Source: Tubiluchus corallicola | Taxonomy: Eukaryota; Animalia; Priapulida | DNA: 64,000 bases | Reading direction: 5' to 3' | Assembly: GCA_030141605.1 (NCBI GenBank) | Contig: JAQGDQ010000149.1 | Span: 421,789 to 485,788, forward strand | Shown: one piece after another, positions 12,501-25,500 of the stretch | Numbering within the stretch: the first letter of the stretch is position 1 | Layout: each line of letters begins with the position of its first letter | Translations under genes and position numbers: made by a program | Notes under the pieces: generated by a model | What the model saw: only the letters and a program-made list of their open reading frames with translations | Told to the model about the DNA's origin: nothing | Database searches by the model: none

Positions 12501-15500
12501 TTGTACATGTTGGTTGCAAAATTAGTTAAACACTACTCCAGAATTGGACAGCCTGTCGAAAAAGTCTTCTTAGACATGGAGGCAATTAATTCTCCTGTCA
12601 GGCTTGAAAAGTACTTTGTATTAATTTAATAATAGCTATTTACATGTCTTTACTGATCAATCAACAGATAATCGTGTGGTGGGTTAAATTAAGCTCAAGA
12701 CCTTTAACTCCTTCAGGACTGTAAGCGTTTGCTGTATTTTGCACGGGTTCATGAAAAATTGCTTTCACTAAGTAGCGATTACATTATATTTGATAATTTT
12801 TGTAGGGTTCTTCTCGTCACACAGTAGGTTTTCATGCAAAATTATATATAAAAACCATATGCTTTCTTTAGACAAATTAAAAATCGATTTTTGACTAAAT
12901 ATTGAAAAAAGCTTTCAGCAGTTGCAGTGTTTGTATTATAACAAACTACAGTATCACTTGTGTGAAATCGGGTAATGCAAAAAATTTCAACTATCCAGAC
13001 ACAACACTCCGATACACTTTGGCCTCAAGTCCACTCTATTCTTAAGGAGAAGTTCCTGTTAAAAGATGAAACGACCTTAATTTGTCCTTCGCTGATCAGT
13101 TGGTTTTTTCTGGAATAGCAGCAGAACAGGGCACAGCTTGGGTACACCAGACTAAGCTACTCGATAGACTAAGTTGGAGTGGCTGAAAATAGTGTGTTTT
13201 TCTTAATTTTATCTAATTAAATCACTTATAAATGTTTAAGCAAATAGCATGATTGGATAGCCTAGATTCTCCTGAAAAGACCAATACCTAATTTGTAATT
13301 ATTTAATTATGTCTGTACTCATACAGTAGCAAAAAAGTCATAGGTCTTATAAGCTTATAAGATATAAGACCTATTTTGAATGGGGTGGTCCTGAAGGAGT
13401 TAACCATCTGCATAGAAGAGATTGTTTTATGGACTTAATTTTGAAACAGATAAATATTGGGTTTTTATTAGCACGATTGGAAATGCTACTTTTACTGTTT
13501 CTCGCTACAGCTGTCTTTATTAGTTCCATGTAAAAAAGTATGACTGTTTTGCACATATTTTATAATACTGTGAATTCTACTACATTTTGCCGACATAAAA
13601 ACGAGTGTTTTGTTATTGTGACATGTAAGTGGTAAACTTATCTGTAAACGAATAATTATTGTATAAATTTTCAGTGTTGATTCACTTGGTGTTCTTGCAG
13701 TTACAAAATCAAAATGTTGCTGCATCAGCAACAGCAACTGTACCACAATTGGCAAAGACGTCTGTGCAGCAACAGCCTAAAAAAGAGTATGATAAGTGTA
13801 GATTACAGGTAAGGTGTACTTGTTATGCATACACGTACAGTAGGCGCCGCTTAATACACTCACTTTGGGACGGAAGTGTTTTGAGCCAATAACCGAGTGA
13901 GTCAATTAGCCGAAGGGTTTAGTATATTACAGGTATATTAGTATATACAAGTATGAGTAATCACTCACCACCTTGATAGGCATTGCAAAGGCTTTAAATG
14001 AATCTTAGAAATGAACTAGTTGACAATGTTTCTGACGTGGTCAAAAACTGAAGATTTTGCAACAATAGTTACAAAATTTGGCCTTAAAGATGAAGAGATG
14101 ACAGTTTTTCTTGGAAGTGCTTATTTTCTTTTATTATTTACCTTGCTTGATACATGGGAAGTCCATTTCACATTGAAACCTCAGCTTTCACTGTTCAGCC
14201 CATCACCCACAGGTCCAAAGTCAACCAATCTTGGCATAACTTAGATCATTCAGTTTGTCTCATTGAGGCCTTTCATTTGATGTACTACAAGCTAATTTCG
14301 GTCGACACTGGAAGACATTTGTCTCCTCGACCCCTATGTTGCCTCGAACTGGGTCACAGGGTTAACAGATCACATTGTAACCTATACCATTCGATTTGCC
14401 TCATCGACACCTTTCATTTGATATGCTACAAGGTACCATTTTTCAACACTTGGTGCACTTCAGTTCCCGACCCCATTTTTGGCGGTTTTTGCCCCCTAGC
14501 AGAAAATTTTGCTGTACGCGCATGTCCCATATTTTGTGATGTGCAAGGCCATGACCCCACCTAGCAACGTACCAAGTAGTGTGGCCCTAATTCAAAAACT
14601 ATGGGAGCAGATGGATCCTAAAGAAAAGTAAATGAAGACCCAGCCGCTCCGTGACCTTTGCCCCAACAACTCAGGTCAGTTGTATACATGTATACATAGA
14701 TAACTTTGCCCAGAGAATTTTACCCTGTGAGCTTTTTGTCCCTAGTCCTCAGCATGTAAAAGGTCACCAATTGGGGGCACCCAAATTTTGGTCCCTCCCC
14801 CAGTGTATACATGTATACATAGATAACTTTGCCCAGAGAATTTTACCCTGTGAGCTTTGTGTCCCTAGTCCTCAGCATGTAAAAGGTCACCAATTGGGGG
14901 CACCCAAATTTTGCATTTTTGGTCCCTCCCCCAGTGGTTTAAAACTTGTCAGCTTTTTGAAACCCCAGGTGCACATCTACCCCACAGTACGCATATACTT
15001 GTGGAAAAAAAATCGGAAAAACCGAGAGCCCTAGGAGGAGATGCATTCTAAAGGAAAAACTGACATATGCCCACTGCCCTTCCCCCCTTGATCAGTGGTC
15101 AGTGGTCACCACACTGTTGTACATCCCCGCACCGGGCTACCAATCCTGTGAGTTTGGTGATCCTAGTTTGCAAGGCCTACGAGTTATTAAGCGTTAAAGT
15201 GGCAGAGAATAAATAAGAATAATAATAAAAATAATAAATAACTCGGTGAAAAACAGTAAGATTTTGCTGTAGCAAAATCTTAATTAATGTCAAAATACCT
15301 GCGTGCAATTATTTAAGAAGCAATTTATATCAGTGAATTAATAAAAAAAGAAAAAAATTGCAAAAGTCTGATTATTACCATTAAAAATTACAACAATTAC
15401 ACAAGGTCATTTGCTTCATTTTTCATGAAGAAGTTGGTTTATGAAATTCTCACAGTGATAAAAACATTGAAAATCTGTTATTGTAGGCTGCACATATTTA

Positions 15501-17736
15501 TGCGAAACACCTAGTCACCGAGTGCTTGAGCTGCAGTTGGTGATGACCTTTTAAAAAGCAGTAGGAGCTTCAAAAAACAAACTGCCGGGCAAGTGATTAA
15601 ATGCTTAGCTTCCAGAAACAAGAACTACAACACGAGGTTAATTGCAGAGGCTAAGCGGGTGACAGATTCAATGCAAAACCGCTGCACTAACATATTATGG
15701 CATTATGATGAACGTACTGTACCTTCTTACAAACAAAGCTGTACTTAACGTGACTGACTGTTTTTAAGTATATTATAGTGCACAAAATTGACGTAAAATG
15801 ACATGAAGCAGCAAAAGCTCTTTGGGCACACACCTTATTTTACGTGCGTGAAGTAAAATATTGAGTAAATTATGCGGAGTTATTTGAGTCAATTACTGAC
15901 AGTTTTTATATACATTTCAAAAAGGAGCGGTTCCAGGTGTTTTTGAGTCAATTAAGGGACTGAGTCTATTAACCGTGAGTCTAATAAATGGCGTCTACTG
16001 TATAAGATCATTTAATGCCTGGGAATGGGAATTAAGTAATCCTTCTCTTATTAAGAATATTCACAAAAGAATGGCTCACAGGTAAATGCCAAATTTTCGT
16101 TGCACTAAATGTGGCTGTTTTACAGAAATGAATATCTATTATTTTGGAATCAGTGCATTTACAGTAACTGTATCTTCATTGGGTCTACATGCACGCTAAC
16201 ATTAACACTTTTATGTCAGAAGCGACGCAAACTAAATGTGATTACTTTTATATTATCCAACCAAGAAATGTGTACATCTGACATTTTGAATTTATTTCTA
16301 ATTGCAGATAAGATTACCGACTGGTCAGTCTCTCACACAACAGTTTGGTGTCAGGGAACAGTTAGCTGCTGTACGACTTTATGTGCAAATGAACCGGACA
16401 GATGGCAGCACGGATCCTTTCGCCCTAATGACCACATTTCCAAAGCGGGTTTTCACAGAAGAGGATATGGAAAAACCACTTTCTGAATTAAGTATGCAAG
16501 CTAAATTTCTGTAATAGTCTAAACAACAAAAGAATTAAAGCAGTGTGAATGGTATCCATTGCAGTAGCCTAAATGTTTCTGAACTGTTAAACATTTTAAA
16601 AGGAAATTGCAAACCAGAAGAAAATTACTAAGATACTTGGTATCCTTTTTGTGTAACAGTATAGTCCTCTAGAACCAGGTATCTGTATTCAAAGGCAAGG
16701 CCTACCCAGATAATTGTGGAAGAGTCAGAACCTCTCATTATCAATGATTCTTCTCAGTGGCATTGATGTCTTCACTGCCTTCAGATGTATATAAAACTTT
16801 GTTTGCATGTTTGTTTACATTGGTAATTTGAAAAAAGCACGACTTAGTAAGTATTTGGAAACTGCCTGCATCCCAGCAGAAGCAGGTAATGATAAAAAAA
16901 CATTGTTTTGGTACAGTCGAATCCATGTAATGCGATTTTCTGTATTGAGTGTATTTCGTACTGTCCATTATGTACATTTTATTAACTCCCAATGTTATTT
17001 CTAATGTAAAATAGCAATTATACGATGCTTGTAATTTCTACATTGGTTATCTTTTGACCAGTGAGCATAACTTAAGCTTGTTAACTCCAGATTCCCACAA
17101 GTACAAATTACAAACAACACACTGCTAGTTAGTCTAGTAGAAACAGACCAGCATGTTAGAGGGTTAGTAGTGTCAGAGAGTCTGTAGTACGTGGCTTTTT
17201 GCTGGTTTGGTATTGAATACCTGTAAGCAGCTGGCAGTAAGAAATTGGCAATTTGAACTATAATGGCAAATTTTTATCAGAGTGGGCAGCCAAAGTTTTT
17301 TTTAGTAATCAATAATTTGACTGTGTGGCATTTAAATCTATGCAGTTCAGGATGCTGACTGATTAAATTAGGCCCAGCATAATGATGTGTAAAAACAATC
17401 GATTGGCAAGGTGGGCAAGGGCAGAAATCGTATTACAAGTGTTTTTTATATTGAACTCATATTGGCGAGACTTTGAGAAATTATTGTATAAGCGGGGCTT
17501 TTGTAGTAATGAGTTTCATACTAACCATAAGTTATTACATAGGCTTTGTTATAACTTTGGCAGGGACATAATAAAGTCATCGTACTACTGGGACTTTTCG
17601 TTATAAACCGAATCGTATTACCAGCATTTGATTGTACATGCATGCATTTTTGTGAAAGTACAAAACTAAGAAGCTTCTCTTGTTTTTTTCAGATCTGGTG
17701 CCATCAGCAGTTGTATTAGTGACCAAGCCAACATGA
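6508..17736 (+). CDS. UBXN1: UBX domain-containing protein 1 (UBA - C2H2 zinc finger - coiled coil - UBX), multi-exon; first coding exon not found in the window
   Basis: Phase-consistent GT-AG exons: 6508-6561 (EKALAATDNYSFEAAVDW), 7364-7473 (LMAHSDDPDIDEP), 8501-8642 (..KSVKCDE), 8971-9102 (CGKLF..HAFKTGHQSFSESTEEIKPLTEEEK), 9580-9699, 10309-10380, 12392-12446 (QRVKEQIAKDREDRK), 13701-13808 (KKEYDKCRLQ), 16308-16491 (IRLPTGQSLTQQF..LMTTFPKRVFTEEDMEKPLSEL), 17693-17736 (LVPSAVVLVTKPT*). These motifs match the UBXN1/SAKS1 family. Confidence 0.93.
12708..13399. mobile_element. Non-autonomous piggyBac-type element (MITE) in a UBXN1 intron
   Basis: Perfect 12-bp TIR CTCCTTCAGGAC (12708-12719) / GTCCTGAAGGAG (13388-13399), flanked by TTAA on both sides (12704-12707, 13400-13403). 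No transposase ORF. Confidence 0.85.
13838..16000. mobile_element. Non-autonomous Tc1/mariner-pogo-type element carrying a nested insertion
   Basis: TA-CAGTAGGCGCCGCTTA at the left and TAAATGGCGTCTACTG-TA at the right (imperfect TIR, TA TSD at 13836-37 and 16001-02). Subterminal GAGTCAATTA repeats at both ends. Confidence 0.75.
14128..15283. mobile_element. Dispersed non-coding repeat with Helentron/HINE-like ends, nested in the pogo-type element; contains a 123-bp tandem duplication
   Basis: Homologous to 30190-30785. Its 3' end has an (AAT)n tract, a subterminal inverted match to the 5' end and a perfect hairpin TAAGATTTTGCT-GT-AGCAAAATCTTA. Internal direct repeat starting at 14681 and 14804. 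The superfamily call is inferred from end structure only. Confidence 0.6.
16914..17634. mobile_element. pogo/Tigger-type MITE, copy 1
   Basis: TA-CAGTCGAATCC... at the left and ...GCATTTGATTG-TA at the right. Shares internal blocks (TTCTAATGTAAAATAGCAATTA; TTACATAGG.TTT.TTATA..TT.GCAGGGAC) with 22886-24019. Confidence 0.7.
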
Positions 17737-17987
17737 TATTATTGAGAAAGGCAAGTACGAAAGCAAGTTTTTCGAGTTAAACGTGAATTAGTTTGTCGTG
17801 GTGCGACTGGGACCTAACTCATTATCAATTTCAGGCTTCCAAGATGACTTAATGGTCCATTTACACGATTAGTTTTTTAACTGTTGAACTAAAGCTGACA
17901 AACAAAAATAGTTAAGATGAGCTGCCGAACTCAGCTGCATACAGATGCAGCCTCTCTTCGAGGAAAATAGTCCTTATCAGCACAGAG

Positions 17988-17993
17988 AATAAA
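17988..17993 (+). promoter_or_regulatory. Candidate UBXN1 polyadenylation signal (AATAAA)
   Basis: First AATAAA noticed ~250 nt after the stop codon. An alternative lies near 18337. Confidence 0.35.
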
Positions 17994-18807
17994 ACCACCC
18001 AGAGCAAAAATTGAAGCAGTTCATCATTCACTCACTGACCAGCCTCTGCACCACCTTAACTTCAGTAACCAAATTACCATGCTGCCACTGAACATTGCCT
18101 AGAAGTTGTACAACTTGCTGTAAAATATTCGTATCAAGTTTTAGCACACTGTCTGTTTCAAAATTGAAATTGACAGTGTCACCGTACTGAACAAATGTAT
18201 ACTGGTTATTTTCCAATCTACGTTGATATTGGTTACCATTGGTGCAAAAAGAATGTGAAATTTTTTCCAAATTTAAAAAGTTAGGAACTTGAAGGATTTC
18301 GAATATTTGAAGTTACTCCATTGCTCAGTCCGAATTAATAAAATTTTTACCATTGTCAAACCAGTTTAATATAGTGGGAATGTGGCATCTACAAAAATGG
18401 TAGTTGCATAGCTGAAGTCACTTCTCTTTATTATTAATATCAGAAAAACTAAACATGAAAACGTTATACGTAAGACATGCCACCTATCCAGTATGTATGT
18501 GAAAGTCTGACTTCTCCAGTTTGGATGAATATTTTGTTTTTATTTTCAGAGATGGAGCATTTGTACAGTTGGAAAGCAATATTGAACGTGCAGGCACACA
18601 CAAGAAAGCATCCGAGTGTTGAACTTTGATTCTTCTTTGAGCCTGCATCACCAGCACCATTTACCTTGGCACCTACATGACACACCTATGAGACTGCACT
18701 TGTTCAGTCGTTTGAAGTGGTTATCGTCGAAGATTATTTCCATATTCACACTTTAGGACTGCTAGAAAGCCTACTTTTAAAACAAGTACTACAAGTCCTG
18801 AGTATAT

Positions 18808-18813
18808 TTTATT
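18808..18813 (-). promoter_or_regulatory. Candidate BSCL2 polyadenylation signal (AATAAA on minus)
   Basis: TTTATT on the plus strand ~760 nt downstream of the seipin stop. Confidence 0.35.
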
Positions 18814-19574
18814 GTAATGAAAATAACTATACATAAAAAGTGATACTGTAAAATGAAGGTTCAAATAACAGCATGAGCTCATGCCTAAAAGTATTCTACT
18901 ACTTGATGTACAAAAAGCAAAAATAATTAAATAAATGTCAGCAAAAGCTGAAAGTTGGCCAGTAACTGTAACGTAAGATAATGCTCAAATGTGCTAGCTG
19001 AAGGATTTCGTTAATCACACGTTCAAATTATGCAATACATTGACCAGTGTTTCTATCATCTATTTTTTTGTAAGTTCCATAATTCACTGTGGTTGTTGTC
19101 TCTTGTAATTATTTTCGATGCTTTAGTGAAGGTAAATTATAAATTGAAAGAAAGTTGTAATTGCACATTTAGCACTTGAAACATGTACTGTATGAGACAT
19201 GAACTGCATAGGGTAAAATATATTAACTTTACTAGGATCTGGCAGCAAACTGCAACTATAAATCTATAAACATAATGCTTAATATTTAATGAATTCTCAA
19301 TCTCATATTTTGTGAAGCTGAAAAGTAATTCAGCAGGTAGGTTCAAACACTACATTTGTATAATATAAGCTTTCGAAGTCTACATTCAATTAAATAATAG
19401 ATTTTAAGTGTCGGTAGTTGTTCAATGTTTTACTATGAAAAAATAAAAAATGCAACTTTGTGAAACTCATTTTAAATAAATAAGTCGTAAAATATTAAGA
19501 ACAACACAAAAAAGTATAATGACTAATTAATGCTGAATGGTATTTCGTGGAAATGTATTAAGGATGACTTGATG

Positions 19575-22500
19575 CTATAGAGTTGGTGTTCGCCGGTGAC
19601 GTACTACTTTGCTTGAAGGAATACTTTCAGCCGAAACTAACTCAACAGACTCATCATCTTTGCTGTCATTGCGCTGGGCATCTATATTAAATTTGATATT
19701 TGACTCAGCACTTGCTTCTGAAGAATTTTCGTCATCTTCTTTGTGCACATGAATTGCAGGCACTTTTTCATTACTACTACCTCCTAGCGAATTCAGTTTT
19801 GTAGGGACTGAGAATCGACCTGCACAAAATAAAAGACATTGGTGCACCCTCGGGAGGGATTCAATGCATAAGCTCAGAACAGAATAAAATTACTGGGAGT
19901 TGGCAGACATAATCATTTTACAATTAAGTTCAGCGTGAGATTGATTTTGCACAACAAAAATTGTATGAAATAGGAATCAGCAAACTTTCAATGTTATCTT
20001 GCTTTAGCAACATATTGACAAATTGCATTTTTGTCCTGTTTCTACAGATGAGAGAATATTTGGACAAGGAATTCACAGCAGAGATAGTTTACCGACTAAA
20101 TGTTTTTCTTATTCAGTAGGATTGGATTATCCTGAGTCTGATGACACCATGGAAAACACATTCTCAAAAGTTGAATTTCTGAGACTAGACTTTTAGTATA
20201 TAATTAAGTCCCACGCAAAACTTTATGAAAATTTTATTCTAAGAATCAATTTGATATTCCCAAAGGTACTGAGCTTATGTAACACTTATTATTATGCTGT
20301 ACACTAATTAAATCTGTCTTCAGCAGTCAAATAGAATTTTTTTACAATGCTGTAAGTCAGATGAGATAAATAGTAATATAAATTGTACACACCCCTCTCA
20401 CTAACAAGCCTTTCGCGGGCTGCAATTCTCCTCCTTTCCAGCGAAGGGTCATAATCTATTCTAATAATTGTTTGTTGCTGATCCTGTTTCCAAAGATATT
20501 GGTACCATGACAACAACGCAATCACTGACAACATCATCATATTGAAGGAAATACCAGCTAAGGCTGAAGTCAGTGGAAATCGGAACAAAAGGTACCTAAA
20601 AATAAAACAGAGTTTTACTGATCTACACTATCTACAAGGACATTACTGACTCTCTGCTATTGCTGTAAGGACATAAACAGCTGCTCAGCTGTGTCATATA
20701 AATATGTTAGTGGTAGTGTTGAGCTCTCAATACTCTTTTTACCTTTGCGAAAAGCACTAAAGCTTGAGAATTGCCAAAAATAAATTTACAGAAACAATCA
20801 ATCAGTCATTATCAGTGTTGGCTAATAAAGAAACCTTACGTATGACCACTTACCGAAGACCTGTAAAATGAGCATGAATTACTAGAAAAGCTGAATAAAT
20901 TTCGATGCGCTTGCTCTGTATTTCAATATAAGCACCCAGAGCTGGTCTATACTGAAAAGCAAAAAACGTATTGAATGTATCACTTTACTCAGATCCGCAA
21001 AATTTGGATTTTCATTATTATAATCTTCATGGAAAGAAAAAATTATCAGGAAAGTGACCACTTGCGTATTAACACTAACATTTCGCAATGAAACTAGCAC
21101 AAACAGATAAACTTTACTAATAGTGTGTGAAAGCAGGCAACATGCTAGTCAAGTTATATCACATGCATTATCTTGGAACAATGCATTTAATGCTGTAAAC
21201 CACTTAGCTGACTATCTTAGTAAATATGACTGTACCAACTGTTTGCCACAGTGCTACTTACTACTAATGCTATACAATTCTGACAGGGCTGGAATCTTAT
21301 CTTATTGCCAAGGATAATCCTCAGAAAATGAGACACATGACTGGCAAAGCCGTAGAGGTGAATTAACCACATTAGACACGATTATAACCTTCCCTTAAGA
21401 AGGATAAGGTGGAGGCTGAAGAAACGGCTCATATGCACTTTTACCAACAGCTACATTTCCACTTACTAGTCAGGCCTGACACTTCTTAATTGCACATGGT
21501 GTCCACTCAACAATTCCCTTGCTCATACAAAACACTGTTGCCATAGCAAGATTGTAATAAATACTTGAATAATCTATGCAAAATTATTATTGAATAGAAT
21601 CTACATACGTAGCTAGATTGCATCTGCCAATCAATTATAGTTCAATTGTCAGCAGCTGCTTTATAAAATGAACTTCTTGACTAAAGTTTAAAACTTAAGC
21701 AGTGATGTTTAATCGAATAAGCTAAGAATTCTAAATGTAGTGCAGCAAGCACTAGTTCACTTTGTGGCATCAAATATAGGGAACTATATCTTTTTTACAG
21801 AAATAAACTGTAGCCTTGTAAACAAAAATGTAAAAAAAAATTAACATTAGGTAATAATAAAGGTAACCGTGCTGTAACCACTACATTTTTATTTATGGAA
21901 AGACTAGTTGTAAAATAGAAGTTAATAATTTTTACCGCATCTTCTAAATAATTATGAAAGACTTCCACAGACTGAATTTGTTCCTCTTTCATCTGATCTA
22001 ATATCAGAAGAGCCGAATAACAGAGAGTATACAAATAGCGCAGCAGTGTAGACTTGTAGTGTAACATTGCCTGTTCAAAAAAAAAGACACTAAAGGATCT
22101 GAATGTTCTAAAGCAGTTTTAAATGTTTTTATGCGGAACTGCAGAATATTTAATGATTACTAAAACAAACAAAATCAGACAAGATTGCAGAAGAGTGAGG
22201 TTGGAGAATTATTTATGCTCGCCATTATAGAAAGTTGATCTCAATTTCGCAATTGCAGTCAGACTAATACCAAAGATATGTAGAATTACTATCCCAAATT
22301 CAAAGATTTGCCCACTGTCTAAATTAGGATAACAGTCTAAGATGAATAGTTCTTAAACATATACTTTTCTGTAATAAATTAAACAAGTCAAATTAAAAAA
22401 AATTAACTTACCCAAGCTAATAATGGTTATTGAGAATGTTTGACAAAATAAACAAGTAATCAATTGATCAATGACAAAACTGTACAGTTTTATAACTGAA

Positions 22501-25500
22501 AAGCCTTTAGATCAATTTACATGAGCAGATAAATATCTAAAGCATGAACTGTAGCTTCCAAGTTTACATGATGCAAATGATACACTTGCACTTGATATTA
22601 TAGCAAATTTTGTTAAGAAAACAGTTAAAATAACTAAAAAATTACTGCTTTTAAATTAATTAAAACTACTTAACAAATTAACAAAATTTAATTATATACC
22701 AATTAAGTACAATAAACTACACACAAATTAAGCCACGCTTGCTTTTTCTAGGTCAATCAAGGTTAGTGGTGAATGTCAGCGATATTTCTGAGCTTCTTAA
22801 ATACACCTTTTATACTCTGTTAATATATAACCAATTTTTTGTTGATACAGAATGTCCTAAACACACACGCATGCACGCACACACACAGTCGAATTCCATT
22901 AATACGATTTTCACGGGACCAAAATATTTTTCGTAATAAACGGTTTTCGTAGTATCCATTTACATGTATTTTTACTTCTAATGTAAAATAGCAATTAACA
23001 GGGTCTCTTCATCAGTTTTCTTTTGTCAGGGATAATAATTTAAGCTTGCTTAACCCCCATTTTACAAAAATACAAACTGGAAAAGTACCTCAACGTATTA
23101 CCAGTCTGTTGCTGTAGATTGTCTAAATTTTAAAGCAAGCAATGGATTAATGGTGCCAGAGAGTTTGTGGTATGTTAATACAGCGAAAGTACAGTCTGTA
23201 GTACATCCCAATATTAATGCCCACCCACTCAACAAAACATTACTACAACCACTGCTATGATATTACAATTGGATACATGTAAGTGAGGCCAACTTGTTTA
23301 GGGAAGGGAAGTCAGACTGTAAGAAACACTAGTTTTACACTACAAGGGCAAATTTTTATCATATTGGAATGGCATTTTGGAAATCAACAATTTGACTGGA
23401 GGTAGTTGTTTGTACACTCATTTTAATGATTAATTTTTAAACTGTGAAAATTTTTAACTGGAAAAAAAAATCCATCAAAAAAGTAAAAATGCGCTGTAAT
23501 TAACTCACTCACATTTTATTATCAAGTCTTGAAGAAATCAGTAATTTTACTGTTTTGTGTTCTTATGAAGCAAAATTTGTAATGATGTCATTTAAACTTT
23601 GCACTGAACGTAGAATATCTGACTGAATGCATTAACTAATTTAAACCACCTTGAAAGTTTAAACTAAACTATTACAAAATGTTGCAACTGCATGATAACG
23701 TACGTGCATTACATAATGACGTATAATCCTAATCGTTGCAAAAAAACATAGCTGTGGTTACTGTGGCAACAGGCGAAGAGTGTCTAGAGTCTAGACAGGG
23801 CAGGCCTGTGCAGAATTCATATTAAAAGTGTTTATTTGTATTAAAATTACATTGGCAGGACTTTGGGAAAACGTCGTACAAACGGGGTTTTCGTAATAAC
23901 GAGTTTCTTATTAACCATACATGATTACATAGGTTTTATTATACTTTGCAGGGACCTATAAAATCATTGTACTATCGAGAGTTTCGTTATAAGCCAAAAT
24001 CATATTACTGGGATTCGACACACGCACACACGCACGCACACACACACACACACACACATATAAGCTGGTAATACAAAGAATTATCAGCTAGAAGAGGCTT
24101 TAGCCTTAATTAATTATACTTAAGATTTGTAAAAACTATTGTCAGTTTCACAAGGGTACTTTTTAAAGTCTGCATGCATACATAATGTGTTTTAGATCTG
24201 CAATTAAGGGCTATTCGGTACAGTGGAGCACTATACTTACTGATCTAGCAGAGGTTTGCACAACCTGCCCATGTTTTGTATACAAATGTACCACAACCAT
24301 GAACATACCTAAAAAATATCAAAATGATATTGTAATAATGAACCAAGCAACCATTGTTAATTACAAATTTGCAATTAAAAAAAGCTAAAGGGAAAAATTA
24401 AAATTGACATTAAAGATTATGTATGATCTCACCTAACTTCTGATTCACTTCAGACTCTGGCATTTCCATTTGAACAGTTATGTCATAAGGCTGTCCAGGC
24501 ATTAGTATCTACAAAATAAAAAAATGCAGCTATTGCAGCTGCTTGGTTTCAGCAAAATACTTTAAATAAATGATAAAAGTCAGCCTACTAGCGATGACTT
24601 ACGTACAGTACAAAAACAGAGTGTATGAAAAATCAGTGCCAAGGCAAACATGTGCCGCTACTTGTAGTGCTGCTGGCGTGAAAAAATATACATGAAAAAA
24701 GTGAAGCAGTACTAAATTGTGTTATTTTTTCTTTTTTGAGAAATCCTTTCCGAGTCCTAATCCTTGATCCTAGTGAGATTCAATGGGTAATCTTACATTA
24801 TTGTACAAAAGCAACCTGCAAACTTCTCTGCTTAACACGAACATAAATACTTTATGTCTTCACTTTTGACCAATGCACAATATTGAAAATACTTACAGGC
24901 TGGCCTCCAGGGTAAGTGAAACTGATGTTTGCAGCAGGAAATGAACACAACTTTTGCTGTTCAGGTTCACACTCAGTCCTGATAAAAAAACACATTCGTG
25001 TAATAGGCTATGCAGAAAAGTTGCGTGACACATACTATACATATAAACAAATTACTGTGTATACATAAGCCTTATGAGCTTTTTTGTGCATTACGATGCA
25101 AATATAATGAGTACATAAGGCCAATAAAAACTAGCTGATAATAACCGGTGTTATTATTTGCTGTTATGCAACTCTACTACAGACATGTTGAGTCTCTAAG
25201 AAACATACTGAGCAATGAACGTTCAGCACTCTTGTCGCTTCCTTGCAAAATATCCCTGTATTCACTTATATTATATTTAATATCACTTATATTATTATAT
25301 TAATATTTCAGTATTGATATACAAGAAGCAATTGTAATTCCAATAGTACTGTTTCTGTGCTTACTAGCACCTATCTTCAGGTGGTAATTGCAATAAAAGG
25401 AACATTGACTTAAAATAATAAACAAAGATGCGAAACAGAAACAGTTGAAAATATGAGAACAATTAACAATAAATATTAATAACATATTGAGATAAATGTG

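Noticed and set aside
14154-15034. ORFs of 136 and 127 aa (and 30548-30766) with a repeated peptide
   Set aside because: They arise from a non-coding dispersed repeat and its 123-bp tandem duplication; frames are not conserved between the two copies.
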